A stretch of DNA of 64,000 bases, from positions 36,146,001 to 36,210,000 of the forward strand of contig OZ024747.1 in the NCBI GenBank assembly GCA_964016885.1, given 5' to 3'. This DNA comes from Eledone cirrhosa (taxonomy: Eukaryota). The translations under genes were made by a program, and so were the position numbers. Position 1 is the first letter of the stretch. Each line of letters starts with the position of its first letter. A model generated the notes under the pieces. It was not told the origin of the DNA and searched no databases. It was given only the letters and a program-made list of their open reading frames with translations. Below, in pieces: positions 27,008 through 40,643 of the stretch.

Positions 27008-27270
27008 GGAGGCGCGTGGCCTTGTGGGAAGTGTGTTGTATCGACGATCATAATATCGTAAATTGATTCCTGGACAGGGTTGTGTGTCGTGTTCTTGGAC
27101 AAAACCCTTCTTTTCATATTGCTCCATTATACACAGGAGAAAATGAGTACCAGCAATAGCTGGGATATTAATCCTGCGATGAACTGGCGTCCTGACTAGA
27201 GATCTGTTTTATGCGAAAACCGGGATAAACACCGGCCTTATGGGCCTCCGGGCTTGAGACTCTCTTTAGA
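27008..27270 (+). mobile_element. Second tRNA-derived SINE family, diverged copy
   Basis: GGAGGCGCGTGGCC head, B-box-like TTGATTCC, GTGTTCTTGGACAA core and AAATGAGTACC; similar to 54208-54350. Confidence 0.55.
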
Positions 27271-27724
27271 CTTTAGTTAGCCAGTCAATTATATTTTATT
27301 GTAAGAAAGTTTGTTGTTTAGTTCCAGGTCAATATTCGGAAAGTCGGATGAACATTTAGCACTCAACATCATAATGAAATTATTGAAATTCTTTTTCACC
27401 TAGACAGAAGAAAAGTAAATATGGTTACATTGCGCTCGTAGAACCCTTTAATGCATTGAATGTATACTTCATAAGGGGGGTGCTGAAATGGAAATGAAAG
27501 AAACAAGGTTCATGAACATAATTGGCGAACTTGAACATTCCTATCACTGATAATTAAATAGGTATACGCGGGTGTGTATTATTGTAGTTTTCGACAGTGT
27601 ATAGAATTCGTGTATATTTGTAGTTGAGAAAAATAGATTATAACATTGTGCTACCTCATACACAGTCTGATATTCTAAGATGTGTATAACGTAACGAAAG
27701 ATAGTATTCATTATTAATATATAA

Positions 27725-27920
27725 GGGCGGTGGATTGGCAATATCGGTAGAGGTTCGGACGCCATGCTTTGCAGCAAAGAGTTACGGCCCTTTATATGTC
27801 TGAGTTCAAATCCCGCCGAGGTTGACTTTGCCTTTCATCCTTACGGGGTCGATAAAATAAAGTACCAGTAATATACTGAGATAATTGCTGGTCTTGTGCC
27901 AAAAGTAGAAACAATTATTA
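27725..27920 (+). mobile_element. tRNA-derived Nin-domain SINE, full length
   Basis: A-box-like TGGCAATATCGG, B-box GAGTTCAAATCCC, core CTTTGCCTTTCATCCTTACGGGGTCGATAAAAT. Confidence 0.85.
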
Positions 27921-28433
27921 ATATATACCGAATAATTATACTGACTATGAAAAGATTGAATTACGGAAGTATCACTATATGTTTCACATTGATTACGTCG
28001 TTCGTTTACAAACCTACAAGCGTACACAATATGAATGCATATTGAAACATAGTGTGTTGTTCCCTTACTCTATGAAAACATTTAAATAATAGATGAATGA
28101 GCACTGTTTTTACTCTTTCTGTTTCACATCCCGGGATACATTGTGCGGCCGCCACACGACCAATATAGAGACGATATTTTTCAACATTTATCAAGCGTCT
28201 ATACTAACGGTTTTTTCTGTTTTATTGTATCCCTATTAATTTATATCGTTTGACATTTTGAGATGTTCTTTCACTGCCCATTGTTGGCTTTCGTTGTAAG
28301 GTCACGCTCTGGGTATATCAATATCTTAACACCAAATATTGTATTTTATCTGAAGAAAACATACTATAAACTAGTGTCCTTGAAATGTGTATAATGAAAT
28401 AAAGATATTTGCCATTTATTAATATTTTTAATA

Positions 28434-28489
<56 letters not shown>

Positions 28490-28491
<2 letters not shown>

Positions 28492-28679
28492 ACAAACGAA
28501 ATGTGGTAAGGTACCAGATGGACCATAACGCACCAGAGTACTCATTACTTAGTGTAGTAGAGTGGGAAATAGGAAAAAGTATGACCCCCACGGCAGAGCT
28601 CAAGCCGTTTCGACGGCTATTTCAGTCCAGAAATAGCCGTCGAAACGGCTTGAGCTCTGCCGTCGGGGTCATACTTTTT

Positions 28680-28683
<4 letters not shown>
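28490..28683. repeat. (TA)n-inserted hairpin element, copy 3
   Basis: ~55-bp stem TAGGAAAAAGTATGACCCC...GGGGTCATACTTTTTCCTA with loop AGTCCA. Confidence 0.85.
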
Positions 28684-28734
<51 letters not shown>

Positions 28735-28793
28735 ATATATAATTTGACGGGACTAGCATAAGTTTCCCTGCTAGTACCGGTTGCATCTCAGCA

Positions 28794-28825
<32 letters not shown>

Positions 28826-28827
<2 letters not shown>

Positions 28828-29215
28828 GCGTCTGGGATGCCACTTGCACCGACACTTTCTGCAGCCGCAACCTGGTGCAGTCTGCGACTGACCCAGGTTC
28901 TGCTGTACGTCGGGATGAGGGGGCCAAATTCTTCAAATACCGGTCGTTCTCCCACAGGTTGCGACCGTACCCCAGGCAGTGGAGACTTTTGGTGTCCTCG
29001 GCCCCAGGGTTACCTCCTTACTCACCACCATAGGCGCTGAGCTGGCCAGCCGCAGGTGTGAGCCCCGCGAGTTGGAGTCGCTTTTCCAGCGCGTCTCCCT
29101 TGCCGTCGACCGGGGAAACGCCTTCTCCATTCTGTCCGCCGGGGCTGTGGGTGGGCTCCATCGCGTATCAATACATTATTTAAATACCATTCTTTCATCT
29201 GCTATAACACCAATA
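28826..29215 (+). mobile_element. 3' fragment of the same CRE-like family as 14140-17450
   Basis: WDATCTDTFCSRNLVQSATDP and VETFGVLGP...FQRVSLAVDRGNAFSIL; the 3' UTR matches 14390-14440. Confidence 0.85.
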
Positions 29216-29687
29216 TATATTTTTATGATCAGAAAATTATGTTTGAATTCATGAATCACCGAGAAAATCTTTATGTTTAGTTTCCGTTTTATTTATAACG
29301 GATATATTTGTTGTTTTCATGAGAACTCCTTTTGTACTCTAGGTACCTTTCAGTATAATTAAATATACTAGTATTTACATCCTTATAATTGCCGACTCTA
29401 ATAATTAAATTGCAATTATTCTGTTCCCAATTTACTTATACTTTAGGTTTCTGAATGGATTTCGTCGGGTGGATTCTATAATCAATACGCACACCTCATT
29501 GATAGTTTAGTTAAGTCCTAATCCAATTATGTGCGATAATAACGCCATCTAGAACATTATTTCTAGAGTGTGTCGGCATCAAAACAGATAAATAGACACT
29601 CCCTTTGTTTTTGGCTACATTATATCATTACTTTACAATTTCAACACCTTCCCTCTCACTGCATATTTATCTATTATATATATGTAT

Positions 29688-29724
<37 letters not shown>

Positions 29725-29725
29725 C

Positions 29726-29781
<56 letters not shown>

Positions 29782-29795
29782 ATACATATATAAAT

Positions 29796-29854
<59 letters not shown>

Positions 29855-29920
29855 CATATATGTTTGTATATATATATGTGTATATGTATATATATATATA
29901 TGTGTATATGTATATATATA

Positions 29921-29968
<48 letters not shown>

Positions 29969-32202
29969 CAAGAAGTTTCCTTTTATAAACTTCTCGTTTT
30001 TGTTTTCACAAAATAAATTAAGTTGGTATTTAGAACTTAAATATCGGTATTATTCGCAAATTGGTAAGCAACCAACACCTTAGACCGTATCTAATTTGTC
30101 AGTAGGTGAATTGTACTTTATTTTATTTATTTATTCTTTTTTGCCCATATATTTAGCTAGCTTTCCTGTCTCACTTTCTCTACTGTCTTCGATTCTATAT
30201 TCGATTTTCTAACTTTTCTCTTTTTTTCTTTTATCGATTTACATTATTTCCCTTTCATTGTACTTAATTTAGTTTGATATTTTAAGCTAAATTTCATTTC
30301 TATTTTGGCATCTGTTTGGCATATAAGCGCCAATAGGATTAAACACTTCTTTCCATAGAACGCACGCTGCACGCAAAATATTTGACCATACAGAACAAAC
30401 ACAAATCAATCAACCAGGGACGAAACAAATCTAAAGAATAGGTTGTTGGCAGTAGTGAGGTTTGGAGGTAGGAAATACTGTATGATATATTCTGGTTTTA
30501 ACAAAAGTGTGAATTAATGTTTTAAAAGGTGCTATTTGGAAACTGCTTTTCATGAGCACGTATTTACAGATGTCCAAACACAAGCTAGAATATTCACAAT
30601 ATATTGTTTCATAGCTACAAACATAAATGTAAAAACCATTATAATTGTGTAGATAAAATATTGTTATTCGACCTCATTGTTTTATGGGGAAGCAATTAAT
30701 TGTTTTCTGTAGTATGAAGACAGTTTTAATAATAAATATTTAATTTCTTTTTATTCGACTCAAACAAAGGTGCTAGTTAACGTGTTTAACTTTTAATAAA
30801 ATAGATTCAAATGCGGGCGCAATAAAGCCCATTGCTTTTCTGTGTGTGTCTACGTATTTATCTATTCATCCTTGGCTCTCTCTTTCTTTCACTCTTTCTT
30901 TTATCTCTGCCTCACAGTAAGAAATTAGGACTTGTAACTTTCAATTTTCTCAAATGAATCACATGCTTGCATTTTATCACTATTCAGTTGATATGCCATA
31001 AGCAAAATACATTTGTTCTCAAGGTTATATTGTGTTTTTAGGGATGAGCTAAGAGACGTAACCTGTATCTTCAATTATTTTCGTTCTCAAAACATATTAA
31101 ATTAAAAATTACACTGAATTTGTCCGGTTATTATTTTTTAACAAACTTAAATATATTGAAATTCAGGCTATAAACTATATTTTCTATTGTTAATAACAGA
31201 CCTTGATTTTGAATCTTCAGACGATATATATACACAGGTCATTCAGTGTTCAATCTTTAACGTATGTTTCTGTGCAATTACTTAATTATCTACATGCACT
31301 GACTGCATCGTCCAATGCTCAATCGTATGCATTATGTAATAATTATTATTATTCAGAAAGAAATTAACAGGGAGGAAGACAAACAAAAATGTGTTATACT
31401 CCAAGGTGAGGGTGCCGCATTTCTGAAAAAAGTATTAATTACTGCTAACAGATCCAAAGTACAAAACACTGGCATATAAAGAAATTCAGAATCAAAATGT
31501 AACAAAATTAGTAGGGGAAAAGTAAGACAATCATAATAAAGTAAGCAATAATAATATATAAAGATAGTAAATAAAGAAAAAAAAAAGAATAAAAACCTGA
31601 ATTACTATAAGTATACCATATTTGTAAGCGGCGATCAGAATCTAAATGACCAATTAGAAAACATATTATAGTTGTATGTGGAGTTTAGAAAGAGGAGTAG
31701 TAATCAATGAACATACGATGAATATATCCTACAAGTAAATAGCAAATAGCAAAAGCACTTGGTCACTCACACAGAGATCGATGCATAACTAAAACGTCAA
31801 CCTCATTTAACCAATAAATCCCCCAAAAAATTCGGGTAAGCATTTATTCCTTGGCCCAAGATGACGTTAAAACACTTTCCACAGGCCATATTTATAAATA
31901 TATATATATACAAAGGATGGTGTCGTCGCAGATAACCAAATCATACGAAACTACAAAGCGTAAAAAAAAGTAAACATTTGCATACGATAAAATAGAATGT
32001 TTTCTTATTTAAGAACAAGATCAACGATTTGTGGGATGGAGAAAGTCAATTCCATCGACTTCAGTATATGTTTGATAAGTCATTTTATCGGCTCCGACAA
32101 TATGAAATGCAATACTAACCATGGGAGTATTTGTACGCATCACCATAATTAAATCTTACAAAGTATTTGATCCCATTATATTCTGACAGTCCAGTGCCCA
32201 TT

Positions 32203-32400
32203 ATAATGGTTTCTGTTTTAGGCACACTATCAACACATTTTGGGGAAGGGAAAGTCGATTAAATCCACCCTAGTGCGTTACTAGTACTTTATTTTATCGA
32301 TCCCGTATGGACAAACGAAAAGCTAACCTCGGCGGGATTTGAGCTCATACCTTGCAGCACTGTAACTAAATTTTGTACAGCATTATTTCACACGCTCTGA
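32203..32400 (-). mobile_element. Nin-domain SINE, diverged
   Basis: TAGTACTTTATTTTATCGATCCC...CCTCGGCGGGATTTGAGCTCA. Confidence 0.7.
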
Positions 32401-33579
32401 TGATTCTTAGATTACACCGACAGCTATGAAAGCTTAAACCACCACATGGTAAAACATATATGCAACAAATGAATATATGAAAACTCATTGCAAATATCAC
32501 AATAACTACGTTCCCAGAAAGTACAATAGCCTACAACAATGGTAAATTTAAAACTTAGAGAATGATACACAAATAACCTATAAAACAAATCGAATACGTA
32601 TTCGCTCCTGACATATATACGTAACCTAATATTTATCAATACGTAGAATGCAAATACACATCACAACTGACGAGTCAATCTCAACAATGAGGGAGGTACT
32701 TTTGAAAAAATAAAAATATAGAAATCCGTAAATATAGCAAAATTCATGAAAATTATTAAATAGATAAGCAAATAACTGTATAGAATAGCAAAACGCAATA
32801 AGGACATAAAATATGTTTCCATAGAAACAACGGTGATCAATAGTATGTAAGACCTAATTTATTCAGGAGCCGATATTAATATAGGATATCTATTTCGATC
32901 CTAATAGAGTAAGATTTCTCAAGAATAAATCAATGGGAAAAAATATACACTATACAATATATAATAGCCATATGATAAACACATCCTTATTCATATAAAA
33001 CAGAATTGGCGTGGGGTGTATAAAGTGAATGGAAAAACAAAACAAAAGAAAATGCTACGAAAGTATCACATCAAAAATAAAGAAAACGCCAAGGGAGTCA
33101 AAGAAATATTTAAACTAATCTCCCCCGAAAAGCCATGTCCGGTCATATACATTGACACGTGAGACTTAGACTTTTATAAAAATAAGTTACTTGAAAGTAG
33201 TATTAAAGTATTCTGCCGAGACAATAATAAAATAAAGTATAACCCTGTATGAGATATGAAGCAGAAAAAGAAAAACCTATGTTAATGCGAGAAAAAAGCA
33301 GCAACGAATACAAAAAACGTCATACTAAACGGAACAAAAGAATTACACGAGGAAGGAAGAAAACAAAATGATATCTAGACATGCCCGCACACACATACAT
33401 ACAATGGGATACAAACACAAACACACACGTACACATAGAAAACAACACGCACACTCAAACACACAGATAATGAAACAGACACAAAAACACAAATACACAT
33501 AGAAGAGGAAAACTAAATAAAAATTCATAGACAATAAAACTTGCAATCATATGGAACGCTTCTATCATTCATGGTGTCC

Positions 33580-34500
33580 ATATTTTATGGGTAACCTGTA
33601 TTCATATAACTGAGGCAACATGAGTGAATGATTTACTAAAAATCAGTATAAATATGTCAATGGTTACTAAGAATAAAACAACACTCACTCTCCGAAGCAA
33701 CAGTTACATAAATCTACTTACTAATAATCTGAGAAAAAGTCATAAACTTCTAACGTTTATACTCTATCGTATTTTAGATGTCCCTGCATGTTTATGTTAT
33801 AACATCCTGTCAGAGAAGTGAACAGCAGGTCCTTGCAAAATATATAAATAAATAAACAAAAAAATAATTGAAGAAGATTAATACTAATCCTAGTATTGAT
33901 TGATTTCCGTAAAATATAAAAATTAAACAGCCTGACACAAACCTGGTTATTCAACATATATATTAAAAGAATAGCCGTGACATTAACGTTATATTAGTTC
34001 TTATTTATTAACAACCAGGTGCTGGAATACGTGACAGGGTAAGCAGAATTCACAGAGTATAAGTAGAATAAGCTTCATAAAAACTGTCGTATGGTAACTT
34101 GTTGAAAGATTACAATCAAGAGTGTGGTTAATTGTAGTTTTGGGATGTCAACAGTAAATATGAGTACATGGGAAGATGTTTCGGATAAGATGAAAGAGAG
34201 GGTGAATAAGTATGGTGTTGGGTTGTCAAAGATGGCTAATTGATAAGTGATTTCTGCTTTGTTGAACAAATAATAAAGATGTTCGTTAAGCATGGGAATT
34301 TTGGGATGGAGGCCACACATGGAAGGGAGAGGGAAGTGTGATATGTCAATGTGCCAGTCCAATGAAGCGAAGAGTTGAGAACAATTGGATCAAATAATTG
34401 CAAACACAAAATTTCTCCGAGGTTGATAGAAATATATTCAATTGAATAAGGATATTTGTGTGTGGCGCTGTTAGGGACAGATAATCGCATGGAATATATC
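33580..34500 (-). pseudogene. Possible very old Penelope-like RT remnant
   Basis: PSMCGLHPKI and LIFTVDIPKL resemble the PLE motifs PxFYxLPKI and LxTxDVxSLY; a GYP-like segment lies near 33590. Weak evidence. Confidence 0.3.
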
Positions 34501-34954
34501 TAGAAAACGGTTAAAAATTTAATGTGACCAGAAGGGCATGTGCTTACTAGTGATTTGCATTAGAAGTTATAGACATTTTGTAATACTGATAAAAGATAAA
34601 AGACCGCGTAATATGCGAAATCATGAACCCACTTTCTTGAAACTGATTCATCTGGAAGTGAAATGCTTGAATGTGAAAATATGCAGGTGTAATGGTATCA
34701 AAAAATGACAGTAAATATAAATTTAAACAGCCGAACGATATTGAAAACAAAACACATCGATTACCAGATATAATTATTGCAGTAAAGTTTCGAATCACCC
34801 CAATGGGTGTTCAGAATTTTTAAAGCATTCATGAGGTAAAGTTTCTATAAAATAAACAAAATAAATAACTTTGAGAAACATATCAATACGGATATTTAGT
34901 ATGCTGAAATAACCATGTAAGTACGAATACCGTCTATACTGGTGAATTATTTGT

Positions 34955-35150
34955 ATCGGTAGAACGTTGGACACCATGCTTCGCGTCATAGAGTTACATC
35001 TCTGTACGTTCTGAGTTCAAATCTCACCAAGATTAGATTTGCCTTTCATCCATACTGGATCGAAGAATTAAAGCACCAACAACGCACTGGGTTCGATGTG
35101 ACCGACATTCCCCATCTCCCCGAATTGTTGTCCTTTTGCCTAAATCAAAA
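34955..35150 (+). mobile_element. Nin-domain SINE, diverged
   Basis: TATCGGTAGAACGTTGGAC..GAGTTCAAATC..TTTGCCTTTCATCC. Confidence 0.7.
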
Positions 35151-35325
35151 ACCCTTGTAGAGTCTATTCAGGACCTATTCATATCAATAAAAACTATCAC
35201 GAAAGATACATATTTCATTGTTGTCTCCTAATAATATAACCATATTCATATTTCTCATACCTACCCCAATGATCACAATAACAATTATCACGCCATACAG
35301 AATTCACAATCAAGCATTACTATAT

Positions 35326-35508
35326 AATTGTTTCTACGTTAGGCACAAAGCCAGCAATTAATCAGTGCATTACGGGTACTTTATTTTATCGACCCTGTAA
35401 GGATGAACGGCAAAGTTAACCTTGGCGGGATTTGAACTCAGAATGGCAAGGGTCGTAACTCTATGCGTCAAAGCATGGCGTCCGACCCTCTACCGATACT
35501 GCCAATCC
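35326..35508 (-). mobile_element. Nin-domain SINE with ~22-bp TSD
   Basis: CAATCAAGCATTAC(T/C)ATATAAT at 35307-35328 and 35508-35529. Confidence 0.85.
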
Positions 35509-36965
35509 AATCAAGCATTACCATATAATGATCCTATAAATCAATCCATATACAAACATAAAACTAGAAACAATATGTTACAAACACAGGAATCCTTACA
35601 CGATGTCATATAAAAGAAAAACATTAACTATTCTATATCCTGAACGAAAGAAAATATGTGAAAGATAAGAAGACAATAGCTTTTCCTTGAAGAAAATCAA
35701 CATAGCATTAAATTCTAATACAGTAGGTAAATTGAGAGGTATGTTGTGTCGTGGTAAATATATATACATAAGTATCGTCAGTATATTATCATTAATTCAG
35801 AAAGGATTCGAACAAAGATTTGACAAACAAATCTTGCAATATAATCCGATTATAAAACGATGTGAGATAAGAATTCTTTCTTGATAATAGAATACTTAGA
35901 CACGATAAAGTTATAACTGAGTTTGAGATATCTGCTTTAACCTGAATGAGTAAAAGCAAAATTATGCTATTAAGGTAGGAATCTATAGGTGAATGTTTCG
36001 GGGAGATTTCTTTCTTTCATGTGTAAATCTACTTCCTCTAAACTTTGAATAGTCTGCAATTTCGATACAAATAGGCATCTTATATTTTATTAAACACACT
36101 TTATAGATAATACTTAAGCTGAGATAGTCCGCAAACTATTTGATAACTTAGGTCTAATACAAAATAATATTATTATATTAGAATTTAGAATTTACTTATA
36201 GCATTCATCGATATCTTAATGATGAATTTGACAATGTTTAATTGATGGAAGGAGCAATGAAATGTTTATTTTTCTTTCTGGGTAGAAGTGACAGGGAAAG
36301 TATACGTAAATTAGAGACATTTCAACGTTACATTTTCTTTCTATTCAGAACTCCTGATAGTGGACTGAAGGAAAAAAAAACTATCCACAAACCGAAAACG
36401 CTGCAGGAATGTTTCAGCAAAATGTGTTCCAATGTATAATGATTAGGTCAAGAATGAAGCAGTCGACACGATTATTTGGACACATAATTTAAAACACAAA
36501 CAGAAACAAATAAGGCAAGGATTTATGACAGATGCTGTGCGATATTGATCGACACTGAAAAGATGGACAAAATGTAAACCTCGGCAAGATTTCATCTCAG
36601 CGCTGAAACAGTTAACACAAGATATTTGTTATTAATATTCTGATAAATTATTTCAGAATAAGTAAAAAGTTTAGAATTATAAACAACATCCAAAGAAGTA
36701 TACGAAATACCACTCTAGATAATGCAAAATGAGCAACTGGTATTAACATCTCTTTCGCCATTGTGTGATATTCATTTAATGCTTTGGATATATATTATCA
36801 TTCCAAATATGACAATACATAAACTCTGATAACGTCGTTGTTAAGGCTTCATATATTACATACAACACGAAATGGTGTTTGATTCCAGCTTTTGTGGTTT
36901 CAGCAAATATTCTAAAAGTAACAGCACCATAATGGACAAAATGTATTAAAATAGATTATCACATT

Positions 36966-37005
<40 letters not shown>

Positions 37006-37022
37006 TATATATACATATATAT

Positions 37023-37850
37023 AAATGTAATCTAAGTTTTCCGAATATTAATAATTGTTTCTACTTTAGGCACAAGGCCAGCAATTACCCAGTGCATTAC
37101 TGGTACTTTATTTTATCGACCCCATAAGGATGAAAGGCAAAGTCAACCTCGGCGGGATTTGAACTCAGATCGTAAAGGGATGTAACTATGCTGGAAAGCA
37201 TGGCGTCCGACCCTCTACCGATACTGCCAATCCACCGCCCTTATTTACGAATATTAATAATAATATCGATTCGTTTGCAAATATGGAAACATCCTCTTTT
37301 AAGCCATGTCAGTAGAATTTGCCCCTTATTCTTGCTCTTGTGTTGGCAGAACTGCAGACAATAATGTTCCTAGGTGATTACCCTTCATCAGTGCAATTTA
37401 CTGTTCACCTGCCAACTGTCAGAGCTAGTGAAAATATATGATTATTTCAAAAAATATACACTGACTGATCGGCCTCATTTGCATATTAGCACATAGGCCA
37501 GTTAGTTTCATGTATACGAGCGTTTAATGGCCGGCTTTGCCATATTCAAATAACTAACAATGGCTGAATACTATAAATGTAATATGCAAATCAGACCGGT
37601 CATTCATTGTATATTTTAGCAAATATCATATATTTTCACTAGCTCTAACAGTTGGCAGATGAACAGTGAACTGCACTGATGAAGAGTATTCACCCAGAAA
37701 AATTAGTGTCTGCAGTTCTGTTTACATGGCAACACAAGAGCAAGAATGAGGGGCTCAATCTACCGACATCGCTTAAAAGAGGCTGTTTGCATAATTGCCA
37801 ACGAATCGAATATTATTATTAATATTCGAAAAACACAGATTATATTTATT
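37023..37850. mobile_element. MITE-like inverted-repeat element interrupted by a SINE
   Basis: Arms ~37250-37490 and 37580-37845 are reverse complements; homologous to 11740-12290. Confidence 0.75.
37052..37243 (-). mobile_element. Nin-domain SINE with 14-bp TSD, nested in the MITE-like element
   Basis: CGAATATTAATAAT at 37042-37055 and 37248-37261. Confidence 0.85.
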
Positions 37851-37888
37851 GTATACAACCAAAAAGAGCGTTAACTTTTTGTCATATA

Positions 37889-37937
<49 letters not shown>

Positions 37938-38062
37938 AAAAGAATGAAACGAAATTTCATTTCTCACTCTTAGTACGGCTGATACCTAAATATAAGTATG
38001 TATACGTACATAGATATATGTGTACAGACGTACAGTAGTATGTATATATATATACATACATG

Positions 38063-38115
<53 letters not shown>

Positions 38116-38268
38116 GCATGGGTTTACCGAACATTTATTATAATGCTCGGTTTATTTGTAAACCCGGCTGACTAATTCACTCAATATGCAAATTAGGCTA
38201 CTCAGCCGTTAATATGCATAAGGAAAGTATATACTTTCAAATGTTCAAACATCTGATAGGAAGGTATA

Positions 38269-38309
38269 CGATGCTGACGATTACTAATATGCTTGAAACT
38301 AGTACATCG
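38269..38309 (+). ncRNA. Hammerhead ribozyme, monomer 1 (weak stem II)
   Basis: CGATG-CTGACGA-ttactaatatgctt-GAAA-CTAG-TA|CATCG. Confidence 0.7.
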
Positions 38310-38697
38310 TTCCTGTTTCAGTGTTGAACAAAAGGGCGACGATGATTGCCGAACACTGTACGGCGTAATTCGGGCTGTTTGTTTACAGACAAACCGAGCA
38401 TTATAATAAAAGTTCGGTAAACCCATGCGTCCATATATATATGTGTGCATGTATGTATATATATACATACTACTGTACATCTGTATACATATATTTATGT
38501 ACGTATACATACTTATATTTAGGTATCAGCCCTACTAAGAGTGAGAAATGAAATTTCGTTTCATTCTTTTCCATTTATCGTTTTCTGTGCACCCGGCCGA
38601 CTAACTCACTCAATATGCAAATTAGGATGTTCAGCCGTTAATATGCATAAGGAAAGTATATACTTTCAAACGTTCAATAATCTGACAGGAAGGTATA

Positions 38698-38738
38698 CGA
38701 TGCTGACGATAGCTAATAAGCTTGAAACTAGTACATCG
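38698..38738 (+). ncRNA. Hammerhead ribozyme, monomer 2
   Basis: CGATG-CTGACGA-tAGC taataa GCTt-GAAA-CTAG-TA|CATCG; palindromic stem III ACTAGT. Confidence 0.85.
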
Positions 38739-38924
38739 TTCCAGTGTCAGTGTTGAAGAAAAGGGCGACGATGGTTGCCGAACACTGTACGGCGTAATTC
38801 GGGCTATTTGTTTACAAACAAACCGAGCATTATAATAAATGTTCGGTAAACCCATGCGTGCATGTATGTATATATATACATACTACTGTACGTCTATACA
38901 CATATATGTATGTACGTATACATA

Positions 38925-38959
<35 letters not shown>

Positions 38960-39977
38960 GAATTTATGTATGCATGCATGTTTGTATATATGTATGTATA
39001 CCTATCTGAATGCTCTTGTGATTACAGTTTTCGGTTTACGAACGTAAGATCGTGCATTCAAATACTTCGCAAGGTTTTGTTATTTACCAGAAAAGCTTCA
39101 TTCAAGCTGCTTCCTTCAAAACTGCTGAAAATATATGCCTACAGCAAAATATATTAACACAGAAATGGACTGTCGTCCTTGCAAGATGGCAGGAGAGTTG
39201 TACCGTCAATAAATTCAAACACGATCAATATTCTAAAGTAGTACACACGCATTAAATTTCCCAACAGAAAGAACGAGTACAAATAAAAAGTATATATCTA
39301 TATACCTGCAGACCCAGACGCAACTTGAGTGGGAGGGGAAACCATTTAAAATCTTCTCTAAAAGAAGCGAATATATATTAATCATCTATATATAGATGTG
39401 TGTACATGACATGTAGAATATACATGTCATGCAAATACAAAAATCATTTTTTATAGGTGTCATATTGTACAAATCATGAGAGTATAACCTTATAGTGATA
39501 ATCGTATTCCCATAAAACAATATAGAAACAAAAGTTTAACCATAATCTAAAGTTGAAAGATTACCGGAGAGTTATTCCTTTTCACAAAAGTATTTCCAGT
39601 ATGTTTATATTAATTGCAATAACTTCTGGAAAAATGAAATTAATGATAGCACGCATGTTATTCAGTTTCATTTGTCCGTATGCATTTTCCATTGTTTAAC
39701 AATATTAAAATATATATATTGCTATAATCTAAAGCGAGGAGTACCATTGTATACAACTCCAGCAGGGTTTGCAATTAGAAAGCAAAAACGCCTAGTGTGC
39801 ACAACATATAATGTTGGTATAGGAATGTCTTTAGTTGAATTGGTTATGTTGTAATAATCCATGTTGTAGAAGAAGAAAGAAGTAAAAGACCATCAGAAGG
39901 TATCCAATATGAGAGTAAGCGCTCAACCGTTAAGGAGCAAGTTAATGTAGGAGGTGAGTTTTATTGTAGTACAATAA

Positions 39978-40643
39978 AGCAATGCAGATATTCCTTCCAA
40001 CACTGAATATCATAATAATAGTACCCCCGACGTCATTGTAAACCCTAGGCTAATTTCTACAAACCCAAATACAACGTCAAACACAACTTCGCTAAATGTT
40101 CTTAATCCCATTCTAAATCAAGAAACTATTATTCCTATCGCAAATAACTTCTCCAAACCAATTCTTTCTATAGATAACACTAGGTCATTCATTAATAATC
40201 TCTCTAATCGCAATTGCAATTGCCCTATTAAAAATAAATGTCCTCTCAACAACCATTGTCTTGATAAAAACTTAATTTACGAATGTAAAGTTATAACTGA
40301 CACCAATTCCTTCACCTATTTTGGCTCCACTTCCACCTCTTTTAAAGCTCGTCTTTATAACCATCATTCGTCTTTTAAATACAAACTTAAAAGAACCAAC
40401 ACGGCTCTCTCAGAACTCATATGGTCCTTGAAAGACAAAAATATTAAATATAGCATCTTTTGGAAGAAGGTTTCTTCTGCGTCTTCATACTTGAACAGTT
40501 CTCTATCCAAAATTTGCAATCTCTGTCTAAATGAAAAATTTACCATTATTTCTAATTTAGATTCTATAATAAATAGACGCACTGACTTGTTTTCTATCTG
40601 CTTGCATAAATTCCATAAAACATTTCACAAAGTATACAGCTAA
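39978..40643 (+). CDS. Stop-free frame (no start codon) encoding a Penelope-like GIY-YIG endonuclease with a Cys-rich linker; 5'-truncated PLE
   Basis: Manual translation: N/T/S-rich linker, CNCPIKNKCPLNNHCLDKNLIYECKV..TYFGSTSTSFKARLYNHHSSF..TALSELIWSLK..CNLCLNEK..INRRTDLFSICLH. Confidence 0.85.
   Translation, partial: SNADIPSNTEYHNNSTPDVIVNPRLISTNPNTTSNTTSLNVLNPILNQETIIPIANNFSKPILSIDNTRSFINNLSNRNCNCPIKNKCPLNNHCLDKNLIYECKVITDTNSFTYFGSTSTSFKARLYNHHSSFKYKLKRTNTALSELIWSLKDKNIKYSIFWKKVSSASSYLNSSLSKICNLCLNEKFTIISNLDSIINRRTDLFSICLHKFHKTFHKVYS

Larger units (their letters stand above)
37935..38930 (+). mobile_element. Retrozyme-like element: ~1.8 tandem copies of a ~429-bp HHR-containing monomer, preceded by an inverted partial copy
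   Basis: 38161-38515 repeats at 38591-38930; 37935-38163 is the reverse complement of ~38380-38573; bounded by (TA)n. Confidence 0.8.

Noticed and set aside
27725-27810. tRNA gene
   Set aside because: A and B boxes are present but no proper cloverleaf forms; it continues into the SINE core and is multi-copy.
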